Positions 1 through 12,927 of a DNA stretch of 64,000 bases are shown here, piece by piece. The notes under the pieces were generated by a model. It was not told where the DNA came from and did no database searches. It saw nothing but the letters and a program-made list of their open reading frames with translations. Source of the DNA: Octopus vulgaris (lineage: Eukaryota); the NCBI GenBank assembly GCA_951406725.2, contig OX597816.1, positions 145,824,001 to 145,888,000 of the forward strand, written 5' to 3'. The first letter of the stretch is position 1. Each line of letters begins with the position of its first letter. The translations under genes were made by a program, and so were the position numbers.

Positions 1-1560
1 ATTTATTAATGCTTGTTTACACTTTTTCGATATCTGTGACGAGAAGCAGTTGAAGGAATGAACAAGTTCGGCCAGGCGAAGAAGTGTGGACGTGTCAGGT
101 TAGGGTCTGGGAAGTGTTTGAGGTCAAGAAGTTCTTCGTTGTGTAGGATCACCATATAGAGACTCTTGATATCAAGAGTGAAGAGAAGTTTAGAGGGGCC
201 AGGAAGAAAGGAAGGAAGGAGAAAGAGTTGAAAAGACGAAGAGCATGGTTAGTGTCGTGGATGTGTGAGGGGAGGGAGGCCACTAGTGAGGCAAGTACAC
301 AGTCAAGGTGTTTCGAGTTCATTTCCGTGGGGTAGTTACAAGCGGAGACGATGGGGCGGCCAGGTTTCTTGAGCTGGTGGATTTTGGAAAGGAAGTAAAT
401 GGTAGGGGCACGAGGAGTGCGGACGATGTGGTTGGAGGCATTGGGAGGGAGACGGGAGGAGGAGATGAGGTCGTGTTTATTTGAGGACACAGTCTGTTGG
501 TAGCTAGGCATGGGCTTGGAGGGCAGAGAGCAATAGAAGGTGTCCTGAAGTTGGTGGAGAGCTTCAGCCTTGTAGAGGTCTACGCCCCACATCACTAAGG
601 CTACACAGTTGTCGGCCGATTATATGACAATGCTTTTGCGGCGTCGGAAACATCGAAGGGCCGAGATTTCGGCTAGGGAGATGATCAGATGTAGAGGACA
701 TCTGCAAATGTTAAACTGTTGTTACCATTACTCCTGATCTTCTCCTCTCTGAAGCGGAGCAATCCAGTAACGAATTTCAGACCCGTGCTGATATTCATAG
801 TTTTGTGCGCCGTGTCAGATTATATGCACTGTTCCACAACACTACACTTGCATCCAACGAAGAGGGCTGCCTAGCCGACCTGGGCCGCCGACCATCCCAC
901 TGGACGCCAGCTCCTGTCTAGTTCCAAGCAGTCGATCATTTTGCGGGTATCTGCAGTAAATGACGTTGCTAGAAGTGCAGGTAAGGAAGTCGGTGGTATG
1001 ATAGGGACAATGATGGGAGCCTGTGAGGATGGTGGTGTTGTTGATGTAGGGGCAAGTGCGGCCCGCGTGGGCGGGAGCAGAGGAACGAACCAGGTTGGAA
1101 GGTGGGGTTACGGAAGAAAATCCTTGGTACAGTGTTATATATTCGAAAAAATGAGTAGAAAAGGCTTTTTTTATTATTTTTCCAGTATAATACTTGGATG
1201 TTAAACAAATGATAATTTAGAGATTACGTTGTGTTTAAGTAGTGAGTGTTTAATTACAAACATTTCAGAAGAGATACGAAAGGGGGAAATAGGGAAATTT
1301 CGGCCAGTAGAGAAGATAAAGTCAGCCTGTAGCTGACTTTATACCAAATCTGGCTGGCGCTTGTTTGGATGTGAGAGCAATATTCTATTGCGTATTTCAT
1401 GCAAACTTTATTGAGCATCAATTATTAAGGTAATATCTTCTTGTCTTGAGTCGTTATGTTGTGTCTTGAGTCGTTATGTGAAGAGTACGGTGTTTCCTCT
1501 GGGAAGATTCACGGATTATGATGGTATCCAATTCTGAGAGCCCTTGACAGATGGATTTGA
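1..1560 (-). mobile_element. Degenerate Penelope-like retroelement (RT and N-terminal region), runs off the window start
   Basis: ORF 149-595 has PLE RT motifs (TIYFLSKIHQLKKPGRPIVSACNYPTE; SHIHDTNHAL). Upstream reads SALRCFRRRKSIVI*SADN, like the IVIKPADKG motif. Stops and frameshifts present; 700-945 is inverted. Confidence 0.85.
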
Positions 1561-1819
1561 GTGATGTTTACGATTGAAAGGTATGTAGTGCGATGTTTTC
1601 TTCATACGAGCAGCGTTTTGTTTTCTGTTATTGAAAAAATAAATCACCAAACAAAGCAAAACAAAATTGACATAATCCCCATTTACTCATTTGTTAGTGA
1701 GTTGAAATGCTTTAGAAGCTCAATATCATGCATTGTTTTCTGTGGTATTTTACTTTTGCTGTTTCAAAAATGAAAACTCAAAGATTTAATGACGGTTGAA
1801 AATTGTGGCAGGTAACACG

Positions 1820-1985
1820 ATCACATCAACCCCAGTGTTCAACTAGTACATATTTTATCGGCTCCGAAGGATGAAACACATACTCGACCTAGGTGGAATT
1901 TGAACTTAGAAAACGTAAATACTGACGCAATACCGATAAACATTTAGTCTAGAGTGATAATGATTCTTCCACCTCGCAGCCTTAT
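1820..1985 (-). mobile_element. Degenerate tRNA-derived SINE with Meta-type central domain
   Basis: ccccagtgttcaactagtac...gaaggatgaaa...ctcgacctaggtggaatttgaact matches the copies at 7155-7515 and 18653-18860. B-box-like GTTCAAATTCC on the minus strand. Confidence 0.7.
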
Positions 1986-4366
1986 ATCTAGTTTCAATAA
2001 TAAAAATGATCTGCCACCTTATGATAGTTTAATTCACTCAGTAGTTTTACTCGTACAAGTTATTGGCTTCATGTCTATGAAACTGTTTTGTAAATATATG
2101 GTGTATAGTGACATGAATACTTTCCTCTGCTGCATTAACCATAAAACTGAAATTAGAGCCAACCAACATAAAATTGAAAACAGACACTGAGCTGCAATCA
2201 ACAATATATCTTTGGCGGCGTCGTAAGTGCTGTATTAGTTTATTGATCTAAATGCGCGTTGTCTACATATAATGATAGGCTTGTCAAGTTTCCTCAGTTA
2301 AAATAGGACCTTGAGATGAACTTTTATTTCATTGAAGGTATGTGAATGGAAGATAACATTTGCATTGATTCAGTATATATTCCAAAACCTTTGGCAGAAT
2401 CACTTTATTAAAGGATTACGTGTTCTACATGATAACATGTCAACTGCACCTTTAATTTCTTGTATCAACATCTAAACTACTATAAAATATTTCATATCTA
2501 ATCCTTTCTCAGTAGAAAATCTGTTATAAAGAGCACCTTAGTAAAAGTTGTTAACGCCCAACAATAAGATTGAGGAATAAAATATATCTTTGATATAATT
2601 GTATAAGCTCACTCAGAATTGAAATGGACAAATTTTGAATAATTGGATATTTAAATCAGTCAAGAGGTATGGAGCACCAAACTTTCGCATTGACGCTTGT
2701 TATATGCATATAGGAGGATAGTAGGTATGTTGAGAGATATTATACCACCCCTAGAATAGGTTGAAGTATAATAGAAGAACAACTATTGTAACACAGAAAG
2801 AGAATATTATTTAACTCCTCAGCTGAAACAGTTTGGAACTTTGAAAGAACTATCAATTGTTGATAGAAACTAGTATTTTATTACTACATAATTTATTAAC
2901 AACGGGGAGAGAAAAGCCAATATCAACTAGAGTCGGATGATGAGATATCTAAAAAAAAAAAAAAAAAAACAGAGCAATTTCGATAGCTTCGGATTTTTGT
3001 CAAATTACTACCTATGTGTACGCAAATTATCTGGTGTTATTTCTCACGCACATTCGAAATTCCTGCGAAGTGCCACTGAACTAATTAAAAAACTTCGTTT
3101 GAGGATGCTTGATTTTCACTTTAATTTATTTACACTTCGTTGAACAGTACTACGTATTTTTAAAGGAATAGGGAATTAAAATTTCTATAATTTGTTAGCC
3201 TTGCATCAAATACAATCTTTCATTTAATGAATATGTATATAATGAGGAAGTATAATTATCGATGATAAATATTTTGAAAATGAAAATTAAATGTTTATAG
3301 AAAACAGATGAATATATTTCTGAAATTGAATATATTTCTATTCAAATATAATTTTAATTAGGATACTTCCACTTCGTTTACTTCTGCATCTAAAGAATAT
3401 GCGTAGTTTAAATATTAGGCATATACACTGAAGAAAAAACTTATATGATGATATAATTTACATCATATTGACTCAGATCTCTGTGTATAACAAAAATAAA
3501 ATTTTATAAATATTTGCATCAAATCTTATGTATTTCATTATTTATAATGACAGCGATATCGTAAGAAGATTTAATTAACAACTTCGCGTTTTCCTGATTA
3601 GACTGTACATCACAGCACATATAAAGTGTAAACTTTTTACTAAAAACATAAGAACCACCTTCCACTCGTGAAGCGTTCTCCTTGCATAAGACGTAACATT
3701 TATATACATTCACATAATACTTTTCTACGGCCACATTGAGCGAAGACTGATCTGATCAAATATATGATATTGTTCATTTCTAAAGTAAAATCTTTCATTC
3801 TGAAATATATTTGATTAGTGATTTGTAACAATGTTTCAAAATAATCAAATCTTCATCAACATGCATGAAAACTTCTAGACTTGTTGGAATTTTTTTTATT
3901 TCGGGAGAAAGTCTAATGTTTCTATTGTGAATAACTTTGAGCAAGGAAACGTTGTTTGAACATCATAAGAATTCCGGTAATGTGAGAAATGAGACTAATT
4001 GTCTACAGTTTGGGTGATAACTGTAGATACGTGTTTCGACCTGATTAGCATTGCAGCTGCCCTAACATGAAATATGCACTGAAAATCAGTCATATACAAA
4101 TACAGAAGCAAATATCCAAGTTCCGTGTGAATTGGCATAATTAGAAGGAGAATAAGGAAAGAGTATTAACTCGAATAGCTAGTGACGTGATGTTAAAGAG
4201 AACATAGGATCGAAATGTAAAAAAAAAACTTTTCCATTTTCTCCGAGCGTCAAACTAATACCCATGCTTGTTGTTCCTACTGCTGTCTTCGTTTTTTGTT
4301 TTTCTATAAATATGAACTATACACACACACATACACACGCGCACACATATATATGCATATGAGTGT

Positions 4367-4412
<46 letters not shown>

Positions 4413-4914
4413 ACGTTTATCAATTTGTTTTGCAAAATTTTGGATGTGAACTCGTGTGTTGAAACAGATATTGTATTTCGGAAGAGTAATTTTTTATGCC
4501 AAATAAACACACGCGCCATATACTCGTTCTTCCCTCGTTTATTACTGTTCTTATTCATTCTTATTTTAACTCGTGTCCATTGTCCGGAAATATTTCGTTA
4601 CACATCTGTGACATCTTCAGCAACTCTTTGTTTTTCGTGTGTGCTCTTGCTCCACTTACTCCATTATATTCTTCTAAGATGTGTATGTTTATGTGCGCAT
4701 GCATTTGCAACCGTGTGTGTGTGTGTGTGTGTATGCTTGTGTGTGTGTCACTGTTCTTAGCCACTGTATGGCGTTCCGCTCAGCCCGTCCTCTCACTCCA
4801 TTGTGCTGCTGCTGTCCTAAGACCCAACATTTTGGTATAGTTCCTGTATCTCTCTGTGGCTGTGTGTTCGCCCACAGTGTTGATATCGTGGTAGATGTTG
4901 TTAACACAACTGGC

Positions 4915-5275
4915 AAATCCAAATTGTATTGTGAGGGGTGAAACGGCATAGCACATCGTTAGCAAATGCCCGAATTTGACACAACATAAATACGAAAGAC
5001 GACATGACAACGTGTCAAGAAAGATCCACTGGTAGCTCTGTGGATATCACGACCTGCAAACAGCAAAGAGGTGTTATGAGCAAACCCCAGAAGGAGTCAC
5101 CGCGAATGAAAAACTGCAAATTCCTGTGAGAACATCTTAACAGAGTTCGGAAACTGGACATTATTGTGGTGAATAAAAAAGAAAACCATACATGATAATT
5201 GACATAGCATGTCCCGGTGACAGCAGGATGAACGAGAAAGAAGAAGAAAAATGAACAACTCTGACGATTGGAAGT
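4915..5275 (+). mobile_element. Dong/R4-type non-LTR retrotransposon 3' fragment (CCHC plus restriction-like endonuclease)
   Basis: Manual translation across frameshifts: HIVSKCPNLTQHKYERRHDNVSRKIHW ... LDIIVVNKK ... IIDIACPGDSRMNEKEEEK. Confidence 0.8.
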
Positions 5276-6619
5276 GGCAAATACTAAGGGAATCAATTAG
5301 CTTTAGCATAAAGAGATAGAAAGTAGATCTCTGCTCAGGTGACACACACTTAGGGCAAGTTAATATGAAGAGAGGAATTTTCCAAGGAGACTTGTTACTG
5401 CCTTTAATATTAGTCTTATATTTGATCCCTCTCAGTTGAGTATTAAGGAATGCAAAAGCAGGGTACCAGATGAAGGCACCAGATCAGAAATAGTAAGGGA
5501 AAAATTAACCATTTGTTTTACATGGGTGATCTGAAGCATTTTAGTACGAATGAAAAATACAAACTGTAAGACTCTTTAGCAAAGATATTGGCATGATATT
5601 TGTCATAGGTAAGTATGCGATATTAGTCATGAAAAGACACAGTCAACAGTGAAATCATCCTATCACCAGACGGCCAAGTATTAAAATCATTGAAAGATGG
5701 AAACAGTTATAAGCATGTAGGAGTATTAGAATCTGACAAAGTACTAGCTATAGAAATGAAAAAAGAAATTTGAGAAGTAGTATATCAGAAGCGTGAGGAA
5801 TCAAGGCTAAATGGTCCAAATCTATTGAAGGCTGTAAATATTTGGGAAGTATCTTTACTTAGACATTCAGCAGCTTTTGTAGATTACACAAAAACTGAAT
5901 TAGCAAAACTAGACTGAAGAACTAGGAAGGAATTCAATATGAACTGATGATTCCATCTAAGGTCGGGAGTTGCAAGGTTATACTTACCTAGAAAGGAAGG
6001 TGGAAGCGGATTAATATCAGTAGAATACTGTGTGGAGTTAGCTAGAGTAAATATAAACTCCTATGTTGATAATAGGGAAGAACGGTTATTTAGAGCTGAT
6101 ACAGTTACAGCAAGACATAGGGAAACCAAAAATACAAACGAAGTTAAAAAGTAGAAAAAAAGATAAAAAGTTATCTGACTGGCAGGAGAGGCTTTGCATG
6201 GTAGTTGCAATAGTATTAGTGTGACATCGTTATGTTTGTAGAAACGAAGGCTGAAAAGGGAGAGAAATTGTTTGTTAGTAGCAGCATGATCAAGCATGAA
6301 AGACTAATTGAATAAAAGCCAAGATAGACAAAAACCAAGTGGATCCCCAATGTAGGCCATGCAAATCAAAAGAGAAAAGTGTTACTGATATAGTAAGTGA
6401 ATGTAGCATGCTGACACAGAAAGAATACGAGAAAAAACATGAAAACCTAGGTAGAGTAATCTACTGGAAGTTATGTAGAAAGCTAGGATTTGACCATAAT
6501 GATAAATGAGATAAACATGAATCTAGCAAAGTACTGGCAAGTAAGATATATAAGATTTTGTTTGACATTAACATTCAGACTGACAGAGTAATAGTAGCTA
6601 GAGAGCTTGATTTAATAGC

Positions 6620-6675
<56 letters not shown>

Positions 6676-6709
6676 CAGCAGCGGTAGTGGCAGCAGCAGC
6701 AGTAGCAGC

Positions 6710-6777
<68 letters not shown>

Positions 6778-7154
6778 CAGCAGAAAAAGAGAATAGAATG
6801 TGCCAGATAATTGACTTTACAGGCCCAAACAAGTGATGAAAAAGTCAATATGAGAGGAATAGACAAAATAGCAAAGTACCATAAACAAGTCAATGAATTA
6901 CAAACACTATGGAAAGTTCGAGTAAAATGTGTCCCAGTAGCTATAGTTGCATTAGGAACTATCCCAAAAGATTTGAACAGATGAAATGAGGAAATACAAA
7001 GAAAACCCAGTATAGTACAGCTCCAGAAAATTAGGGACAGCTCGGATACTTAGTAGCGTTCTTGGCTTCTAAGTTTACATGTTGTAGCCCGATGTTAATA
7101 ATTTTTCTTTTCCAACAGTCTAATGTTTTGTATGTATATGAATAATAATAATAA
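5270..7154 (+). mobile_element. Degenerate 5'-truncated Dong/R4-type retrotransposon (RT C-half, CCHC, RLE, 3' UTR) ending in (AAT)n
   Basis: KRGIFQGDLL, INHLFYMGDLK, RLYLPRKEGGSGL, CRPCKSKEKSVTDIVSEC, FDINIQTDRVIVARELDLI...IIDFTGP, VPVAIVALG. Many stops. Ends at aataataataataat (7141-7154). Confidence 0.9.
6619..6785 (+). repeat. Compound (GTA)n/(GCA)n/(GTA)n trinucleotide array inside the Dong RLE domain
   Basis: Direct reading. The frame is kept on both sides (ORF 6558-6836). Confidence 0.95.
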
Positions 7155-7515
7155 TCCTTACTACTATAGGTAGAAAGCCTGAAATTTGTGGGGAGTGGAT
7201 AAGTCAATCACATCGACCCCAGTACTTGACTGGTACTTAAATTATCAACCTCGAAATGATGAAGGGCAAATTCAACCATGCCGGAATTTGAACTCAGAAC
7301 GTAAAGACGGACGAAATACCTATTTCTTTACTACCCACAGCGGGCTAAACACAGAGAGGACAAACAAGGACAGGCAAACGGATTAAGTCGATTATATCGA
7401 CCCCAGTGCGTAAATGGTACTTACTTAATCGACCCCGAAAGGATGGAAGGCAAAGTCGACCTCGTAGCGGCCGACGAAATACTGCTAAGCATTTTGCCCG
7501 GCGTGCTCACCTCGT
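7155..7515 (-). mobile_element. Dimeric Meta-domain SINE (two monomers head-to-tail with different tails)
   Basis: Two copies of atcgaccccagt...tggtactta...gaaa(g/t)gat(g)gaag(g)gcaaa, at about 7210-7300 and 7395-7465, joined by a tail at 7321-7380. Confidence 0.85.
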
Positions 7516-7518
7516 AAT

Positions 7519-7566
<48 letters not shown>

Positions 7567-7599
7567 AAAAGAATATTAAAGAATATTAATAATAGACAC

Positions 7600-9900
7600 A
7601 TTTCTTATAATATTAATAATAAAATTACTAATAATATTATTAATATTAGGTGTAATAGTAATTATAGTACAAACCTGTTTAAGGAAGAAATTGCCGAAAG
7701 AAAAAAGGGTTTATAATTGTACCGATATTAATACTGACGCTAATAGCTCTAGGATTGATTTTCATATTACTGATACACCTGTGCGGAATATTTACAATTA
7801 TAATGATTTTAGTGATAAATCTCCTAACAATAATCTTATGTGTATGAGTGCTATTAATAGCAATGACAGTCATAAAATGAATAACCCTATGAGTAGGCAT
7901 AGCGGTCTTGATAATCTAGATAGTACCATTAAAACATGCATATTTAAATATCGCAAATCCAAAAGTCAGCAGCACTCACGCAATGGTGATGTAAACTGGT
8001 TTCATTTACTTTGGTCACTAATATTATTACGAAACCGTGTTAAAAGTTATTTGCCTCTACGAAGAAAAATTTCCTCCCGTTCAGTAAATATTAACTATAT
8101 GTTTGATAAACCTAATTTCATTCCTAGTCTAAAGAGCAGTTTAGCGGGAATAAAAGGGCGTAGCCTGTCAACGCAGCTTGTCACTACGCAGCCTGTCACA
8201 ATCAAATAATGTTGATGATGAAGATGATGATGATGATGATGATATGGCCCGGGACAGCCAAGCTAATATGGAGTAGACCCAAAGTGCCGATTTTCCAACG
8301 AGGATATTGAAACAATGAACCATCAAATTTCTGGTGCAAGGTTTTGGCACCAACTGAATATAAATCAAGACATGACAGAGTTGACGAATATGTACACTGG
8401 TTAATTTATCGACAACATAAAATCAAAACTGCTGACAAATGCTACAAACACGTTCCCGACGCTGTAACTGAGAGAGATAATGTAGCGTTTCTTTGGGACT
8501 TTCCACTACATACAAGCCAGACCATCGGAACTAATAAACCAGATATTATTGTGAAAGGCCAAAACAATAAAAGCTGTTTTGTGATTGACGTGAGTATAAC
8601 TTGTGATTATAATATCTCGCAAAAGAATTCGATAAGCTCAGTAAATATCAGGAATTACTGATTGTAATCGCATAAAGTAGGTATCTCAAGACGATTACAA
8701 TAACAGTGATTATAGGATCATTCGGTATGATGAAAAAATGGAACTGAAAATTATTTGAGGATGATCTCTGGCTTACTGTCCTTTTTTCCAGTTTTTCTTT
8801 TGTCTTTCTTTCTATTTTCGTTGTCTTCTCCTATTTTTCTATCACATCACTTTGTAATTGAACAATCTGGTGTATCTAATTAATGTATACAGTGAGTTTC
8901 TTTGCCCCAGGTGTCGGGAAGAGACTCGGCAACAAATGGAAATAAAACTGAAAGAAGATAATAATGATAATAATATTAATGATAATAACTACAATCCTAC
9001 TGTCAGTAATGTTGATAATAATAACTATGATAATGGCAAGAAAGAATGATGGGGGTAGTAGCGACAACAACAACAACAATAATGATAATGTTTACAAGCA
9101 TAACGTCCTCAGCTATGGGAGTATTAGTAAATATCGAGTCATATGCCACTTTAACAATGATGACTGTGGCAGTGGAGCAGCTGCTATTAAGAATCATGAT
9201 TCTCTCTATGAGCCAATTATTTCAACTTCGGACTATGTTACCTGTATATGTACTAGCCACTGTTGTAAAAGCAATAGTGTCAGCAGAAGCTCTGAAAACA
9301 ATGCCCTTAACCCAGATGACACCCGCATTGATTCTAATATAAATAATGTTTATGAGGCTCTCAATAACCAAGGGAAATGTTTTAACTTCAACAATTGCGA
9401 TGGTAGTACTCTTGCTGGTAATAATCGCAACTCCGGATAATACGGAGAATTCTATTGGTGCTAGCAATGATCATCACTCTCTGCAGTCCTTGAATAACAC
9501 TGGCAGTACTAATGTACACACATTTCCTAAATATGTGCTTTTAAAAAGAAGATTATATGCCCTGGATATGATTTATGCCTCACTAAAATTATTTTCTATA
9601 GATCAGATACAAAAAACTAATCTAACTTCCTTAATTTACATCGATTCCACTTCTCGCAAATTTAAACATTCTTATATATTCAATAATCGCAATGACGCTA
9701 ACGTTACATTACTCGCGGGAAAAATTGGGAATTAAAATACAAAAACATTATATACCAAATTAGGTGGAACATAAGAGAATTTGCCTGACTGTATTCAAAA
9801 GATAGGCATGGGTGTAGTCAATGTTGCGAAGTATGAGAAATGCTTAAATGTTCACGTAATATCAAACTTAGTGTGAAATGCTAACCTTACATTAGAAACA
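7600..9900 (+). mobile_element. Degenerate Penelope-like element (post-RT region, long Asn-rich linker, GIY-YIG), interrupted by a Dong fragment
   Basis: DVNWFH...IPSLKSSLAG resembles the WFNPP...MPNMKSII block. 9560-9830 reads LIYIDSTSRKFKH...NVTLLAGKI, frameshift, WELKYKNIIYQIRWNI...CSQC, the PLE GIY-YIG pattern. Confidence 0.65.
8240..8965 (+). mobile_element. Dong/R4-type 3' fragment (RLE plus 3' UTR)
   Basis: ORF 8344-8661: EYKSRHDRV..YVHW...FLWDFPLHTSQTIGTNKPDIIVK...CFVIDVSI (PD-(D/E)xK nuclease). Ends in AAT/GAT repeats. Confidence 0.85.
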
Positions 9901-10971
9901 CCCTCTTCTTTAAACCAGTTATCTAATTGACTTCATATACCACTGCTTATATTTAATTTCTTAGGTTCAACTTAGGAATAATTGTAACGTATATAGACTC
10001 GTGTCATTTAAATATTATTTATGCGATATTTCATATCATGCCTTTGGTCTCCTCGTTATTCATTCTCATTACCGTTTTTGCAACCTCTGTATTCGATAAC
10101 TAGTGACATATTTGATAATCCAGTGTATGACCTCTTAACCATCTGTCATTAGTCTACGCTTTCTTATATTTTATGTAAGTATATATAAATGTGCATGTAT
10201 GTATAGGTGTATATCTATGTGTATATATACATTTCTGTTTATTTCCATGTGTATGTATAAATATTCATGAATATATATATACGTGTGTGCGTGTGTGTGT
10301 GTATGTGTGTGTAAATATGTGTGTGTACACGTTTGTCTAGAAGTGTGAGTGTGGCCACGTGCATACCTATGCTACTAGAATTGGATAGAAGGAAACTAAA
10401 ATAGTGATGTCAGTCTTATGACTTTCCGCTGTCCTGAGGGTTGTAATAACCTTAATGTCAACTCATGGCTACGCTATTTCTGTGATTCTTGTACGTTATG
10501 AAAGTCAATGTTCGCTATAAACTAAGTTTGATAAGTGTTTTGAAATAAAGTAGTCGTTTGATCCCGTTGTTTCTCGCATGCCTGTTGAAGCAACTCCTCA
10601 ATAAATTCGAATATTATTTATAAAATACCGTATTTAACAATGTTGATATGATAGCTGCTTGAAACTTTAGCAGATAATACTGGTTATATGTTATGTAATA
10701 TATGAATGCCTCAATAAATTTCTACTTAAACAGATGTAAATTTTTAACCCTGTTTGTGTTCTCCGTTTACAACTACGCCACATCTAAAACCAACTCCGAG
10801 TCAGATCTACGCTTTAATTGCATTTGGAACTTACATACATACAGCATCCTACCAAAAACTTGAAAGCTTCAGTGATTTATTTACCTCTGTATGAAACCCA
10901 TATTATTGCAAATAGCAATTTCTGCTGTCCTATGTATTTGTGTGACTAGATTCTGCTGAATCCATTAACTA

Positions 10972-10972
<1 letters not shown>

Positions 10973-11062
<90 letters not shown>
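10973..11062. repeat. (CA)n microsatellite
   Basis: Direct reading. Confidence 0.95.
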
Positions 11063-11065
<3 letters not shown>

Positions 11066-11399
11066 TATTTAAAAGGTTATTTTACATGTATTAAAACGCT
11101 GCTATTAATTTCCTACATTGAGAAAACTCAAACTTATTCTTCAAGCGCAGACCACCTATCATAACGAACTGAATAAATTAAAGAATAGAAGAAACGCCAA
11201 AAAACTGAGAAGGCAGGGCAGCATGAAGAAAACAAACAATGAACAAGGGAAAAGGAAAAACAGTAACTAAAAAGTAAAAAAAAAAAGAAAGTAAAAAGGT
11301 AAAGAACTCTCTTTAAAAGACAAGGCTGGAAAATTATCAACTGAGTCAGGAATAGCCAGAATTTTCTAATTCTTCAAAATATAATTTATATATATATGC

Positions 11400-12927
11400 T
11401 TGCTACCACTGAATATTTCTGACCTGGAGTTCTTTAGGGAGTTAGGAATCTTAAATCTGAACAGCATCTACGCCCTTTCAGTCAAACAAAGTCTATATTT
11501 ATTCGATCCATTCAAATAAGGTATGTATTTACCAATTACTTTCCATTCAATCCCACGCGGTATTTTGTTATCTTTCGCAGTCCATACGTAGCTAGCCAAC
11601 GTAGTAGCTTTACTTATGTCCTTATGTCTGAAGGAGGCTACGTGATTGTTATAGCGATTTTTAAATTCATCTTCACATAATCCAATGTAGATCTTATCAG
11701 TTGCATTATTATTTAGGATTGCAGTACCTTCTGTCTCATTTATGATAGGTTTAGTCATACGTCGTTGGTCTCGCAACAGTTGCAACTAGATTCAGGCTCT
11801 TGGTATTGACCACCTGTAATGATACTCTTCATATTTAGGCAGCAGCTATACGATAATTTCCCAGGACGCCTATTAAATATTTTCCTATATTTGTGAGTGT
11901 CTTCAAATTTTTTGTCTAGAAGAGACAGGAATCTTTTACCAATGTTAATTTTTATATTGAGTGAAATGTGATCGCGAACCAAATAATTTTCCTTGGCCTA
12001 TTTTAAAATTGCTTATTATCCTGATTAGTACAAGAGTGGTTATGTACTACTTTATCTTTGATGCCACTAGATCTATTATTGATATTTTGATTATTATTAA
12101 CGGGATTATATATTAAATTAACTTTGAAGCCGCTATTGGCTTGGGCTTTGTTATAATAGGGGCAGTTTCGCGAAAATTTCTTTGGAAGAAGAGAGGTTAG
12201 ACACTCTGTTACTAATATTAACTACCATGTTTTTAAATATTACAGGAGGGTGACAAGATTATTGATGCATAAGTTTCGCTTATGCAAAGACTTATGCAAA
12301 GGTTTATACGAGGAGGAGTCGAATTCTAGGGAAACGCATAAATAATCAACTATAGAGACGTTAGTAGCTACTGTAATTTTAAGTACTAATTGATTAAACG
12401 TAGAAATTAGTTGCTTCCTATGTGTATCAAGAAAATATCCAAACCGTCGCCACGATATAGGCCAATGTCATGAGATGGGTATCTATATTATAATGTGTTT
12501 AGTATAAACAATCCCACAAGATCACAGACGTCAGCACTATCATATGACACTATAGATGCATCAAATATTTCATCACTGTGTGACTTTTGTTTTTACCTAT
12601 GCAAATCCATTATTGAACAATAGTGTTTTCGTCGCATGTCTGATAAAATCTAGGTCTATTGGGTCAAAATCAGCATATGATTTAACTAAGTCAATAGCTT
12701 TATTAAGCAGTGATCTAGAAATAGAGGGATAAATGTCTATAATATCAAACTGGGTAACTTTACACTTATTCTTATGTTTGATGTTATTAAATCAATCTGT
12801 TACAGTAAAACTGTTATTCTATTGTTGAAACCCAGCAATTTCCCCAACTCTATGATTAATATTTGTAAGTATTGTTTTAGCTTCTAGCCCAATTTCAGGT
12901 CACGCTGAGTTTAACAATCTACAAGAT
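11400..12927 (-). mobile_element. Degenerate Penelope-like element, RT plus C-terminal GIY-YIG (YRDDG-type RT)
   Basis: QFDIIDIYPSI, SYDSADVCDLVGLFILNTL, IGLYRGDGL, IGKRFLSLLDKKF...LSYSCCLNMKSII, SCNC, IYIGLCEDEFKNRYNNHVASF. Confidence 0.9.

Noticed and set aside
4585-4625. Minus-strand CTGAAGA...GAAA hammerhead-like core; similar CTGATGA at 50293
   Set aside because: Stems I and III and the cleavage triplet cannot be built. At most decayed remnants.
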